From positions 1,184,001 to 1,248,000 of the forward strand of contig CBDCNQ010000005.1 in the NCBI GenBank assembly GCA_965219445.1: a DNA stretch of 64,000 bases, written 5' to 3'. The notes under the pieces were generated by a model. That model had not been told where the DNA came from and made no database searches. It was given only the letters and a program-made list of their open reading frames with translations. Made by a program: the position numbers and the translations under genes. This DNA comes from Longimicrobiales bacterium (GTDB lineage: Bacteria; Gemmatimonadota; Gemmatimonadetes; Longimicrobiales; Gaopeijiaceae). Below, one piece after another: positions 27,749 to 37,673 of the stretch (position 1 is its first letter; the number at the start of each line of letters is the position of its first letter).

Positions 27749-28795
27749 TCACAGATAGGTACGTGCAGCCACGTCTACCTTCTCGAGGACCATGTCGACC
27801 GTGATTCGCTTCATGCCGTCTCTCCGCTCGGTAGAAATCGGATATTCCTCGCCTGGGAACTCCGCGTAACCATCGACCACGAGGTCGTAGTAACGCCGGT
27901 AGGGCCCCGTGCGCTTCGGATTCGTGTATCCGTAGATACCGACGACGGGCGTGTCGAGGGCCCGACTGATATGTAAAGGTCCGGTGTCCGGGCTTACAGT
28001 CAAGACGCTACCGTCGAGGAGATAGACGAGGCGGCGCAGGTCGTCCCCGAGTGCGTCCACCGGGTGGGCTTTCGTCGAGCTGAGAATCTCGTCCGCCATC
28101 TGGCGTTCGAGCTGGGAAGATCCGCCGACGAGAACCGGTTGCAGCCCATGCGTCGACTCGATCACCTCCAGAACTCGCGCGTATCCCTCCGCGGTCCAGT
28201 TCTTCTTGGTCTTGGTCGTGCCAACCACAACAGAACAGGCGGGCTTGTCCAATTGGGAGAAGAACGATGCTTGGTCTTCACGTTCCGCGTCCGTGATTGG
28301 GATGCCCCACTCCACGGGCTCTGGATCGATGCCTAAGTAGCGCAGGAACTCGAAGTATTGCTCCTGCACGTGCTGGGGGGAGTGAGGAGGAATGCGCTCG
28401 TTCGTGAAAATCCAGTTACCGTCGCGCGCGCGTGCGGTGTCGAAGCCCAGCTTTCTCTCCGCCGGGAGCATGCCGACGATAACACCCGCTTTGAAATAGA
28501 CCTGGAGCGCGAGCGCGAGATCGAAGTCCCTCCCTCGCACGTAGTGGGCGAGGTCGGCGAAGTTGGTCCAGGATCGTAGTCCGCGTCGCCGCCTCTCGTA
28601 CACGATGAGCTCATCAACCGAGGGGTGTCCCTCGACGAGCGTCTTGGGAGTGGGTTGAATAATCCACGAAATCTGAACATCCGGCCATGCGCGCTTCATC
28701 GCGTTCACCACCGGGAGCACGTGGACGACGTCGCCGATGGCGCTCAGCATCACGATGCACACGCTGCGGATAGGTCCGTTTTCCGAGGGGGTCAT
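27749..28795 (-). CDS. GT9 LPS heptosyltransferase
   Basis: SAIGDVVH, SPDTGPLHI. Confidence 0.92.
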   Translation of the reverse strand: MTPSENGPIRSVCIVMLSAIGDVVHVLPVVNAMKRAWPDVQISWIIQPTPKTLVEGHPSVDELIVYERRRRGLRSWTNFADLAHYVRGRDFDLALALQVYFKAGVIVGMLPAERKLGFDTARARDGNWIFTNERIPPHSPQHVQEQYFEFLRYLGIDPEPVEWGIPITDAEREDQASFFSQLDKPACSVVVGTTKTKKNWTAEGYARVLEVIESTHGLQPVLVGGSSQLERQMADEILSSTKAHPVDALGDDLRRLVYLLDGSVLTVSPDTGPLHISRALDTPVVGIYGYTNPKRTGPYRRYYDLVVDGYAEFPGEEYPISTERRDGMKRITVDMVLEKVDVAARTYL

Positions 28796-29613
28796 GATGC
28801 CCTCCCTTCGCCAAGCAATTGGTCTATCTCGTCGATAGTCAGGTCCCCCTCTCCGTCATTTTGGAACTGCGGGCGAGTGCGTTCGAGCTTGCGGATTGAA
28901 CGAGCGAGCCGGCGTCGAAGCCTTGTGGCATCCCCGGGGAAGCTGGGCCCCACCACCCTGCACCCATCCAGGTCGACGAGGATAGCATGGACGCGCTCCC
29001 CCTCTCGTGCAATGAGGACGTTCTCGGCATTGAGATCCGGATGATGGACGCCCGCCTTCGCCAAGCACGTAATCAGTTCGGCGGCGCAAGCCATCGCCTC
29101 GCGGCGTGTGTTCCTGCCAATCAATCCACCCGAGGTGCCGGTCCCCCCGAACAGTACATCGGCGAGAGTTCGGGCGTGAGGCACGAATTCGGTGACCAAG
29201 TCGGCCCGGTAGAGGAGGCCGCGCGGATATGCCGCTGCGGCCACGACTCGGGGTGTGGCCAAGCCCAAATCCTCGATCCGTCTGCTGTTCTCCGCTTCGA
29301 TGAAGCTCCTCGGTGTTCCCGCCCGAAGAAAGCGGTCGCCGAAGGGTCTCATGAGCCCGCCTCTGTAGTACCGCCGAACCACCCACTGCGGCCCGACGCC
29401 CTCGGGATTCGTCAGGACCGGAACCGGCCCCCTTCCCCGGAATGTCCTGTCAGCCGAATCCCGTGCGGCTCGGTACAGGGACCCGTACGCCGAGACCGCT
29501 TGACGACTCCAGGCTACCGCCTCGGTCCGCGCCCAGATCTGGGCCCCTCCGACCGTCATCCGCTCGAATCCTCGGGGCCAGGATCTCTCCGAGAACGCAT
29601 TGGCGTCTCTCAT
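28792..29613 (-). CDS. kdkA: Kdo kinase / LPS kinase family
   Basis: GRG, WVVRRYYRGG, YRADLVTE, HPDLNAENVL, VDLD, RLARSIRK. Confidence 0.8.
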   Translation of the reverse strand: MRDANAFSERSWPRGFERMTVGGAQIWARTEAVAWSRQAVSAYGSLYRAARDSADRTFRGRGPVPVLTNPEGVGPQWVVRRYYRGGLMRPFGDRFLRAGTPRSFIEAENSRRIEDLGLATPRVVAAAAYPRGLLYRADLVTEFVPHARTLADVLFGGTGTSGGLIGRNTRREAMACAAELITCLAKAGVHHPDLNAENVLIAREGERVHAILVDLDGCRVVGPSFPGDATRLRRRLARSIRKLERTRPQFQNDGEGDLTIDEIDQLLGEGRAS

Positions 29614-30704
29614 CACTGGTGCCCAACTCCGTATCGCTTGCCGGCCCAGCGGACACGCTCCAAGACGTCGGTCACCATAATTTCTGACATTCGTCCAGGG
29701 CGTGGCCCATAGTGGGCTGGGACACGGGCCTCGCCGGGATCGGTGTATCGATCCACGATCAGGTCTTGATACTTTTCGTAGGGGCCGACTCGCCATGGAT
29801 TGGTATGGCCGAAGAGACCGATCACAGGGACGCCCATCGCATGTGCAATATGGAGCGCTCCGGTGTCTGGGCTGATGACGAGATCACACCCGCGGATGCT
29901 CCAGATCAGTTGCCTCACGGAGTCGGACAACGCCGACCTTGCGGCTCCACTGTCATCCAAGATGACCTGGGCCGTCGTCTGCTCCGCCTTCCCGGGCCCT
30001 CCCAACAGTAGCACGTCGAATCCGAACTCGGCCTCCAGGGAGCGTGCAAGTGACACGTATCGGTTGGTCGGCCAATCCTTTGCCGGGTTGGCCGTACCCA
30101 ACACGAGCCCCACGACGGTCGCACCCTCCGAGGCCAAAAAAAAAGTCTCGGCATCCGATTCCTCTTGCTTCGTGAGGGTGATGTCCCACTCCAACGACTC
30201 CGGTCTTTCGACGCCCACGGCATCCAGGAACTCCAAGAACAGATCCTGGGTATGGCGCCACTCCCCTCCCGGTGTGTACTCGGTGTTGACGAGCCGGACC
30301 CCGTCGCGAGTCCTGGAGGGCGCGAGGCCCACTCGCACAGGGGCGCCGGAGAAGTACGCCGGGAAGATGCTCTTGCCGTACCGTTGCATATTCAAAGTGA
30401 GATCGCACGACGGTCCGACGCGAAAGGTTCTCCAGAGGTCGTATACCCCGAGGGGACCCCGCTCCGGCCGGAATACGATTACCTCGTCCACTGCAGGGTG
30501 GTGCTCGAGAACCTGTGCGGGTGCGGGCTCGGCGACCCAGACGATCTTCCGGGCTGGCCGATCGCGTTTGAGTGCCACCGCGACGGGTAATCCGTGAACG
30601 ACGTCCCCAATGCCCGAAAGAAGGACGATGCAAACACGGTCGCCTCGGACTGCTCGCGCCATGGCGCTCCGAGAGTCTTGGCCACGGGCCCCCTCGTGGA
30701 TCAC
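29613..30704 (-). CDS. GT9 LPS heptosyltransferase (paralog); start may be 30662
   Basis: SGIGDVVH, SPDTGALHIA. Confidence 0.92.
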   Translation of the reverse strand: MIHEGARGQDSRSAMARAVRGDRVCIVLLSGIGDVVHGLPVAVALKRDRPARKIVWVAEPAPAQVLEHHPAVDEVIVFRPERGPLGVYDLWRTFRVGPSCDLTLNMQRYGKSIFPAYFSGAPVRVGLAPSRTRDGVRLVNTEYTPGGEWRHTQDLFLEFLDAVGVERPESLEWDITLTKQEESDAETFFLASEGATVVGLVLGTANPAKDWPTNRYVSLARSLEAEFGFDVLLLGGPGKAEQTTAQVILDDSGAARSALSDSVRQLIWSIRGCDLVISPDTGALHIAHAMGVPVIGLFGHTNPWRVGPYEKYQDLIVDRYTDPGEARVPAHYGPRPGRMSEIMVTDVLERVRWAGKRYGVGHQ

Positions 30705-31108
30705 GCTGTGGACGTCCCGGGGAGCTCCATGAGGAAAAGGGACGGGCCTTCGTGGTCCCGTCCCTTGATCCGGATCCGAAAACGGTACGTACCGGGCTCT
30801 GGAAAGATTACCTCCTTGAGGGGCATGACGATGCGAGTGCGGGCGGGAGGGCGATCCGGGTCACGCCGGTCCACGTCCGAGTGCCCCTGGATCGTCATGC
30901 TGGATTGGCCTGACGGCCCCGTCAGGTCCACCTCGAAGTCGTAATGGCCCAGATCGTCGCGGCTCCACTCCACCGCCAATACCAACACCATATCATGCTT
31001 GGCTGGGAACCCGGGGGCCGCGAGATCATTGAAGACGCCTCGTAGGTCGAGCTTCCCGTCCGCGGTTTGCTCGGCGTGGTCACAGACAAGGGCCAGTTGC
31101 AATCGCAT
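30701..31108 (-). CDS. DUF6941-like small beta-sandwich protein
   Basis: LVCDHA...DGKL.L.GVF...FP.PG.Y.F. Confidence 0.7.
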   Translation of the reverse strand: MRLQLALVCDHAEQTADGKLDLRGVFNDLAAPGFPAKHDMVLVLAVEWSRDDLGHYDFEVDLTGPSGQSSMTIQGHSDVDRRDPDRPPARTRIVMPLKEVIFPEPGTYRFRIRIKGRDHEGPSLFLMELPGTSTA

Positions 31109-31142
31109 CGAAGCTAGAGAGCTGAGGAAGTACGGTGCACGG

Positions 31143-32759
31143 TCAGAGGTCCCCGGCGGGCCCCCATCCTCCTCCGCTCGGCGAACGAATACTGATGATG
31201 TCGCCGATTTGTGCGAAGAACGTAACCTTCGCCGGAAGCGGTTCTTCACTGCCGTCTCGGATGAGGACGTTTTGGCCGGGGCTCCCGTCGTGTCCGTCGC
31301 GTGTACCCGAAGGCCTTCGCTCCCGGCGTTCGGAGAGCAGCGTCACTGTTCCCTCGCACAGTAGCTGTAGGTCTCTGCGGAGACCGTCCCCACCCCGATG
31401 AGTCCCGGCGCCCCCACTCCTGCGCCTCAACGAGTACTGAGTGATCCGAAAGGGATATGCGTGTTCGAGAGCCTCGATCGGCGTGTTCAGGGAGTTCGAC
31501 ATATGGGTGTGCACACCGGAAAGTCCATGCCCGGTCGGACCGGCGCCCATTCCCCCCCCAACGGTCTCGTAGTAGGCGAAATTGTCTCCGTTCCTAGGGT
31601 CCACACCCCCAACGGTGGTGTTGTTCATCGTGCCTTGGGAGAGTGCCGGCATGAGGTCCGGAAGCGCCTTCGCGAAGGCACGGAAGAGGACATCGGTGAT
31701 TCGCTGGCTCGTCTCGACGTTTCCGGCTGCAACGCTTGCAGGAGGGCCGGCGTTCACGACCGAGTTTTCCGGAAGAATCAGCCTGACCATCGACATGGAG
31801 CCGCCTCCGGCCGGGAGCGATTCGCCCAGAAGCGCCTCCACGACGCAGCGCACAGTGTACCTCGTGGCGGAGTCGGTGATGGCGCTTACGGCGTTGACTC
31901 CGCCACGCACTTGAGGGCTGCTCCCCGTGAAGTCGACGTCGAGACCATCCCCGCGCCGGGTGAGCCTCACGCGAACCGGGATGTCCACGGTTCCGAAACC
32001 GTCGCTCTCCATGAAGTCCTCAGCGTCGTACTTGCCAGGCTCGATGTACGCGAGGCCAGCTTCCACGAGTCGGTCAGCGTACCCGATCAGTGCGTCCATG
32101 GCCTCCTGTGTCGTCTGTGCTCCCCGGCGTTTGACGATCTCCAACAGCCGGGACGCGCCGGTGTGTAGAGCGGCCAGCTGGGCGTCGAGATCACCGCCTC
32201 TTTCGATCGGGGTCCGGACGTTCGCCAATATGAGATTCCAGACCTCCTCTTGGCGTTCGCCCTTCCGATAGAGATGGACGGGCGGGATACGGAGGCCCTC
32301 CTGATAGATTTCCTGGGCCAGCGGCATCGATCCTGGGCTCATCCCTCCGACATCCGAATGATGTGCCCTCGACGCCACATAACCGAGCGGGGTGCCCCCG
32401 CCCGGGTCGTGGACTGGCGAAATCAGAGTGATATCGGGCAGATGCGTGCCGCCTCGAAAGGGGTCATTCAGGCAGACGACGTCGCCTGGGTCGAGAGGGC
32501 CAAGTTCACCGAGGGCAGCCTCCACGCTCATCGGCATCGCCCCCAAGTGGACCGGCATGTGGTCCCCCAGTGCGATCGGTGCACCCCTCGCCGAAAAGAG
32601 CGCACACGAGTAGTCTCGACGCTCCTTGATGTTGGGTGAAAAGGAGGCTTGCCTCAGCGCGGCTCCCATTTCTTCCGTTAGAGCTGTGAAGAGGTGGCGG
32701 AAAACCTCAAGTGCTATGGCGTCGGGCTCGCGCCGTCCGGTTGGCTGACCATCGAGCAT
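31143..32759 (-). CDS. Hydantoinase B / 5-oxoprolinase beta subunit
   Basis: SPNIKERRDYSCA, PVHLG, NDPFRGGTHLPD, HHSDVGG..PGS, GGGWG. Confidence 0.93.
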   Translation of the reverse strand: MLDGQPTGRREPDAIALEVFRHLFTALTEEMGAALRQASFSPNIKERRDYSCALFSARGAPIALGDHMPVHLGAMPMSVEAALGELGPLDPGDVVCLNDPFRGGTHLPDITLISPVHDPGGGTPLGYVASRAHHSDVGGMSPGSMPLAQEIYQEGLRIPPVHLYRKGERQEEVWNLILANVRTPIERGGDLDAQLAALHTGASRLLEIVKRRGAQTTQEAMDALIGYADRLVEAGLAYIEPGKYDAEDFMESDGFGTVDIPVRVRLTRRGDGLDVDFTGSSPQVRGGVNAVSAITDSATRYTVRCVVEALLGESLPAGGGSMSMVRLILPENSVVNAGPPASVAAGNVETSQRITDVLFRAFAKALPDLMPALSQGTMNNTTVGGVDPRNGDNFAYYETVGGGMGAGPTGHGLSGVHTHMSNSLNTPIEALEHAYPFRITQYSLRRRSGGAGTHRGGDGLRRDLQLLCEGTVTLLSERRERRPSGTRDGHDGSPGQNVLIRDGSEEPLPAKVTFFAQIGDIISIRSPSGGGWGPAGDL

Positions 32760-32859
32760 GCGTTAAACTTAATGGTTCAGGTAGCGTCGCATCCATGTGA
32801 AGTCGCACACATCTGAATCGAACATTCTATCCGCTCGAGAGGAATTCAGGGAGGTGTGA

Positions 32860-33233
32860 GTGCCCCAAGAGAAAATCTTCGCGCGGGCTCGGGACGAGTT
32901 GTTCAGCCACATCAATCGATGTGGAGTGTTGAGCGCCACGGATGATGACCGGACGGCGTGGATGAACGAGACCATCGACTATATCGGCGAGCGATATCCG
33001 GATCTGGTGGGTCCCGACCTCCAAGAGCTCCATGCGGTCGGTATCAGGTTCTGCCAGCCGGCGATCAACAATGTGCCGGCTGCGGCAGTGTCCGAGCCTG
33101 TGACTGAGACCGCAACCGCGGAGGTGCCGGGGGACGGGGCCTCCGTGTAGGACAACCGCTTTCTCCGACGTCGGAGGTGGGTCCCGACGCCGAGGCTACG
33201 CAAGATCAGGACGGGGACGCCAACGCCGCCTGA
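32860..33233 (+). CDS. Hypothetical protein; as-read stop at 33150, likely frameshifted with true end at 33233
   Basis: GGAGG RBS; globular N-terminus; alternative frame continues the acidic tail to ...QDQDGDANAA*, just before a terminator. Confidence 0.65.
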
Positions 33234-33267
33234 CGTCTTACCCACCGAACTCTCATCCTCGACCCTG

Positions 33268-33304
33268 CGGCGGGAAGTTATACTTTCCCGCCGTTTTTCC
33301 TTTT
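33268..33304 (+). terminator. Rho-independent terminator
   Basis: CGGCGGGAA/TTCCCGCCG stem followed by TTTTT. Confidence 0.8.
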
Positions 33305-33465
33305 AATAGCGGAAAAGGTGCATCTCTGGCACCCCGGGCTGGGGGTGCTGGCGAACCCACGGGGCACATAGTATGTTGCCGCCCCAGTTGGCGGGCCTGA
33401 TGAAGAAGTGCCTCTCGGACGGGTGACGCGGACGCCTTTATGAGGGACCCTCAAGATAGAAAGTC

Positions 33466-33870
33466 GTGGTGCCGAGTGTGTCGCGACGGCTCATGACAGG
33501 CTCCCAGCGCGAGCGAAGTGTGGCGGCGGAGAGCGACCAGCGTCTCACCCTCCCGGATGAGGAGCGCCTGCTGGGCCTCTATTACGACGGGGGCCGTCTC
33601 CCCTCTCCGTCCGGGGGATTCCTGATGGTTTTGGGAATCCGGCCTGAAGATGAAGGGTCGGGTTTGGTCCTCCTGGAGTGCACGTCCTCGTCACTTCGGT
33701 ACAAGTTGAGGGTGCCTAAGGCCACGCGCTCCGAACGGAAAAAGGTGCGGGACATGATCGTTGAGGGCAATGATCCGAAATGCCCACGACACCAGGGGGA
33801 ATTCTTGACGCGAATACGCCACGACCTCGCGTGCGCGAAGTGTGGTGTTCGGTATGCCAAGGCCAAATAG
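33466..33870 (+). CDS. Hypothetical protein with C-terminal CxxH/CxxC zinc finger
   Basis: CPRH...CAKCG; start uncertain. Confidence 0.7.
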   Translation: MVPSVSRRLMTGSQRERSVAAESDQRLTLPDEERLLGLYYDGGRLPSPSGGFLMVLGIRPEDEGSGLVLLECTSSSLRYKLRVPKATRSERKKVRDMIVEGNDPKCPRHQGEFLTRIRHDLACAKCGVRYAKAK

Positions 33871-33964
33871 CAGCCGGAGAGAGTCAGGGTGGTGATCCCC
33901 ATCGGCCTCCATTACATTTGCGGCCTAGAGCCGTGCGCACTCTAGCCTAAGGAGCTTTGTCGCG

Positions 33965-35062
33965 ATGGCAGAGGGATTCCTCAGCTCTGAAGAGTACGAC
34001 GAGCAGGCTCACCAGCTGTACAACAGTGGGGATTACGAGGGGGCCCTCGAGATGCTCAAAGAGGGCCTCTCGCTTTATCCCAATGCTGTCGAACTCTGCG
34101 TGGGGATGGGCTACGCACGTCTGGCGCGGGAGGAGTACGCGTGGGCGCGCAAGGCGTTCGACCGCGCGCTCGTTCTCGATCAAGGGCACGAGGATGCCCT
34201 GGTCGGACTCGGCGAGACCCTCCTCCGCTTCGGGGAGCGTGACGCCGCACTCGCATTGTTCGAGCGGGTCGCCACATTGGGGTTCGAAGATGACGTGGAG
34301 CTGATGCTCACGATGGGGCGGGCGCTCTATCGTGAGCACCTCTATGCCGAAAGCCGTGATGTGTTCGCGAGGACTTCTGCTGCCCGTCCAGACAGCGCTG
34401 AGGTTGCGGCATCGCTAGGCTATGCGCTCCATCGGCTGGGCGATGAGGTTGGCGCCGGGCGCCAGATCCGAAGGTCCCTCCGCCTCGATCCCGACCTCCA
34501 TGAGGCCAGGATCTACCTCGGCCATCTTCTGTATGATCGGGGAGACTGGGAGGGGGCACTCCGCGAGTTCGAGCGCGTCCCGCCGCTCGATCATTGGGAT
34601 GCGTTGGCGGTGTGGCGCCTCGTCGAGCTCAAGCGAGCACTCTGGCAAGTGGAAGACGGAGACGAGCGGGTTAAGCCCTGGCGAAAGCGCTTGGACGAGC
34701 TCGAGGCGCTCAACGATCCCATCGACCGCTTGCTTGCCGAGGTCGAAGCCCAGGTCAACGGTGGTGAGCGCTCACTGATCGATCCGAGTCAGCTCGAACT
34801 CTTCGAGCGGGGTGAGCGAAGGGGCGCAACGGAGTCGCACGAGGTCCGGTTGGGCGATGGACACCTCTTCCGCGGAAGTTGGAACCATATCGTACGGCAA
34901 ATGCGGGATCAGGCTGGATTCTCCCACGAAACTCTGTCCCAGTACATGAGACGGCTAGCGGAACGTTGGCATGAACAGCTCGGTGTGGAGATCCCCTTTG
35001 CCGATCCCGAGAGCTTTCTCGAGGCCGCCATCCGCGCCGGTGCCGTGTATCTCGAAGACTGA
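33965..35062 (+). CDS. TPR-repeat protein with an unrecognised C-terminal domain
   Basis: Repeated helical A..LG motifs; AAGGAG RBS. Confidence 0.88.
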   Translation: MAEGFLSSEEYDEQAHQLYNSGDYEGALEMLKEGLSLYPNAVELCVGMGYARLAREEYAWARKAFDRALVLDQGHEDALVGLGETLLRFGERDAALALFERVATLGFEDDVELMLTMGRALYREHLYAESRDVFARTSAARPDSAEVAASLGYALHRLGDEVGAGRQIRRSLRLDPDLHEARIYLGHLLYDRGDWEGALREFERVPPLDHWDALAVWRLVELKRALWQVEDGDERVKPWRKRLDELEALNDPIDRLLAEVEAQVNGGERSLIDPSQLELFERGERRGATESHEVRLGDGHLFRGSWNHIVRQMRDQAGFSHETLSQYMRRLAERWHEQLGVEIPFADPESFLEAAIRAGAVYLED

Positions 35063-35085
35063 TACTCACAAAACTGACACCCACT

Positions 35086-35930
35086 ATGTCACAGTCTGGA
35101 GATGTGCTCGATCGGTTCCTCGAAGCACTCGTAGAGCGGATCACAGTGACCCGACCGGAGTATCTGACCGGTCCGTTCACGGTCGCGGAGATCTATCAGG
35201 ATCTCGTTCCTTATCGATCACACCGGAATTTGATCGGGGTCGAAATGAGCGGGGACTACGAGGACGCACTCGCCCGGATGCTCTCCGGAGAGGGAGACTA
35301 TCTTCTGCTCGATTCCGAAGCGGCTCGGCGGGAGCTGCAGGTGGAACTCAGTAGCCCCAATCCCAACACTGCTTTGTTCCGAGAGTTCGCTGCGGTGATG
35401 TCCGACTACATCCGAGCCGGGTGCCCCTGGATGCTGGGAACGGACCCGAAGTACGAGCCAAGGCTCCCGAGGAGGACACGATCGATGCCGAGGTGACCCG
35501 AACGAGAAGCACGGATCTGTTCGTAGAGCTGGACACGGAACTGGAGGCCGAAGTGGAGGCCGACGTGGGGGTTGAGGCGCCGGTGGAGATGGCTCAGGGG
35601 CCTTCAGACGAGCGGGACGACGGGCCGAGATCCGAACTCGGAAGGTCCAGTGAGGATGGCGTAGTGGGCCACATTGACACGGTCGCGTCTCCGCCTCTGG
35701 TGTCGCTTTCGGATACGACACCCGACAGAGCCGATTCGACGGACGCCGACCCCAGCGGCTCAGTGGCGGTGTGTCACTGGTGCCGCGAAGACCTTCCGGT
35801 GAGTGATTCCATCCACTTTTGTCCGTTCTGCGGCAGTGACCTCCGCCCATCTCCGTGTCGCGAGTGTGGCGAAGCGATGGAGGCCCGGTGGCAGTTCTGT
35901 GCTTCCTGCGGGGCCGACGTGCGTGGTTAG
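35086..35930 (+). CDS. Double zinc-ribbon protein split by a frameshift near 35397
   Basis: FREFAAV continues as DVRLHPSRVP in another frame; CHWC, CPFCG, CRECG, CASCG. Confidence 0.75.
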
Positions 35931-36375
35931 ACGGATCGGAGTCATCGCTTGCCTGGCGGTGGTGGGATGCGGGATCGAGCCGAAGGCAACTCCCGATCCA
36001 GGCGAGGAGACCAGCACGGATCCCTACTTCGAGATTATCGCGACTGCCCAGGTCGTTCAGCTGTCCGGGGGCCGAGACGTGGAGCATGTTGTCCCGCCCC
36101 ATCTTGAGATCGCGAAGGGGGAGTGGGTCCAGTTCCTAACTCTCGACCGCCGTGTACACACTGTGTCCTTCGTGCCCGACTCGATTTCTCCAGACGCCCT
36201 TGAGTACCTGGCCGACACAGGGCAGCTTGAGGGCCCACCACTGCTGGCGCGTGGGAGTCGATTCCTCGTCGATTTCCGGGAAGCGCCCACCGGTCGATAC
36301 GTTTTCCAGAGCGTCAGCCATGGGGGCCCTGTCTTCGGCAGTGTGACTGTGCGGGAGCTTCAGACGGATCCGTAG
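35923..36375 (+). CDS. Lipoprotein with cupredoxin-like fold
   Basis: AVVGC lipobox; I..GEWVQF...HTVSF...GRY.F...G.VTV; no copper-ligand Cys seen. Confidence 0.6.
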   Translation: MVRRIGVIACLAVVGCGIEPKATPDPGEETSTDPYFEIIATAQVVQLSGGRDVEHVVPPHLEIAKGEWVQFLTLDRRVHTVSFVPDSISPDALEYLADTGQLEGPPLLARGSRFLVDFREAPTGRYVFQSVSHGGPVFGSVTVRELQTDP

Positions 36376-36415
36376 ATTCACCTCGCCATGCTTTGAATGC
36401 AGGGGGTAAGGTCTG

Positions 36416-37630
36416 TTGAAGATGGGAACGCAAGGACACGCCAAGAACATCGTCGTTCTCTCAGGGAAAAGGACTCCGTTCGGAACCTTCGGTGGAAGCC
36501 TCAAGAGCTTCACCGCGACGGATCTTGCGGTTTTCTCGAGTGTCGCGGCGATCGAGGCCGCCGGCTTGGCCCCGGACCAGATCGATCACACCTTCGTCGG
36601 AAACGCCCTCCAAACTTCCTCGGACGCAATCTACCTCGCCCGCCACGTCGCGCTACGGTCCGGCGTTCCCCAGGAAAGCCCGGCGCTGACCATCAACAGG
36701 CTATGTGGGTCTGGGTTCGAGGCGATTGTTCAGGGAGCCAAGGAGATTCTCCTCGATGGGGCCCACGTGACACTGTGCGGTGGCACGGAGTCGATGAGTC
36801 AGGCACCCCACGTCGTGCGTGGAGCGCGCTGGGGACAGCTTCGCCTAGGACCGACTGGAACCTCCTCCTTCGAAGATATCCTCTGGGAGGCTCTGCGTGA
36901 CTCCAACTGCGACATGACGATGGCCCAGACCGCGGAACAGCTGGCGGAGCGCTACGAAGTCACCCGTGAGGAGGCCGATCGGGTGGCGCTCCGCAGTCAG
37001 CAGCGCGCCTCGGCAGCGTGGGACGGTGGCCACTTTGCGGCCGAGATCGCTCCCATCATGCTCAAAAGCAGAAAAGGGGAGAAGGAGTTCGCCCGCGACG
37101 AGCACATGCGGCCCGACACGACGCTTGAAGGGCTGAGTGGGCTTCGCCCGTACTTCAAGAAGGATGGGTTGGTAACCGCGGGGAACGCCAGCGGGATCGG
37201 CGATGGGGCAGCGAGCGCTCTGCTCGCGGAGGCTGATTGGGCCGACGAACACGGAGTCGAAGTACTCGGCCGCATCGTGTCGTGGGGATTCGCGGGGGTC
37301 GAGCCGAGCGTCATGGGCATTGGGCCGGCGCCGGCTTCACGTCTCGCTCTCGAAAAGGCCGGATTGACCCTGGGCGACATGGACCTGGTGGAAGTGAACG
37401 AGGCGTTTGCGGGCCAGTACATGGCGGTCGAGAAGGAGCTGGGACTCGATCCGGCAATCACGAACGTGAATGGGGGAGCGATCGCCATCACTCATCCCCT
37501 CGCTGCATCCGGGGCGCGCATCACGATCCACCTTCTCCATGAATTGCGGCGGAGGGGCGGGAAGTACGGCCTCGGTGCAGCCTGCATCGGCGGGGGGCAG
37601 GGGGGCGCGGTGGTCGTGGAGGCCCTGTAG
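36416..37630 (+). CDS. Acetyl-CoA acetyltransferase (thiolase)
   Basis: INRLCGSG, NEAFA, NGGAIA..HPL, CIGGGQG. Confidence 0.96.
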   Translation: MKMGTQGHAKNIVVLSGKRTPFGTFGGSLKSFTATDLAVFSSVAAIEAAGLAPDQIDHTFVGNALQTSSDAIYLARHVALRSGVPQESPALTINRLCGSGFEAIVQGAKEILLDGAHVTLCGGTESMSQAPHVVRGARWGQLRLGPTGTSSFEDILWEALRDSNCDMTMAQTAEQLAERYEVTREEADRVALRSQQRASAAWDGGHFAAEIAPIMLKSRKGEKEFARDEHMRPDTTLEGLSGLRPYFKKDGLVTAGNASGIGDGAASALLAEADWADEHGVEVLGRIVSWGFAGVEPSVMGIGPAPASRLALEKAGLTLGDMDLVEVNEAFAGQYMAVEKELGLDPAITNVNGGAIAITHPLAASGARITIHLLHELRRRGGKYGLGAACIGGGQGGAVVVEAL

Positions 37631-37673
37631 GTTCGTCCTGTCGAGATCACTGGTTCAAAGGGGACGGCAAGCA

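Noticed and set aside
33151..33267. Riboswitch or sRNA before the terminator
   Set aside because: Some pairing is possible, but the region reads better as the frameshifted acidic tail of the 32860 gene, and I recognise no riboswitch motif.
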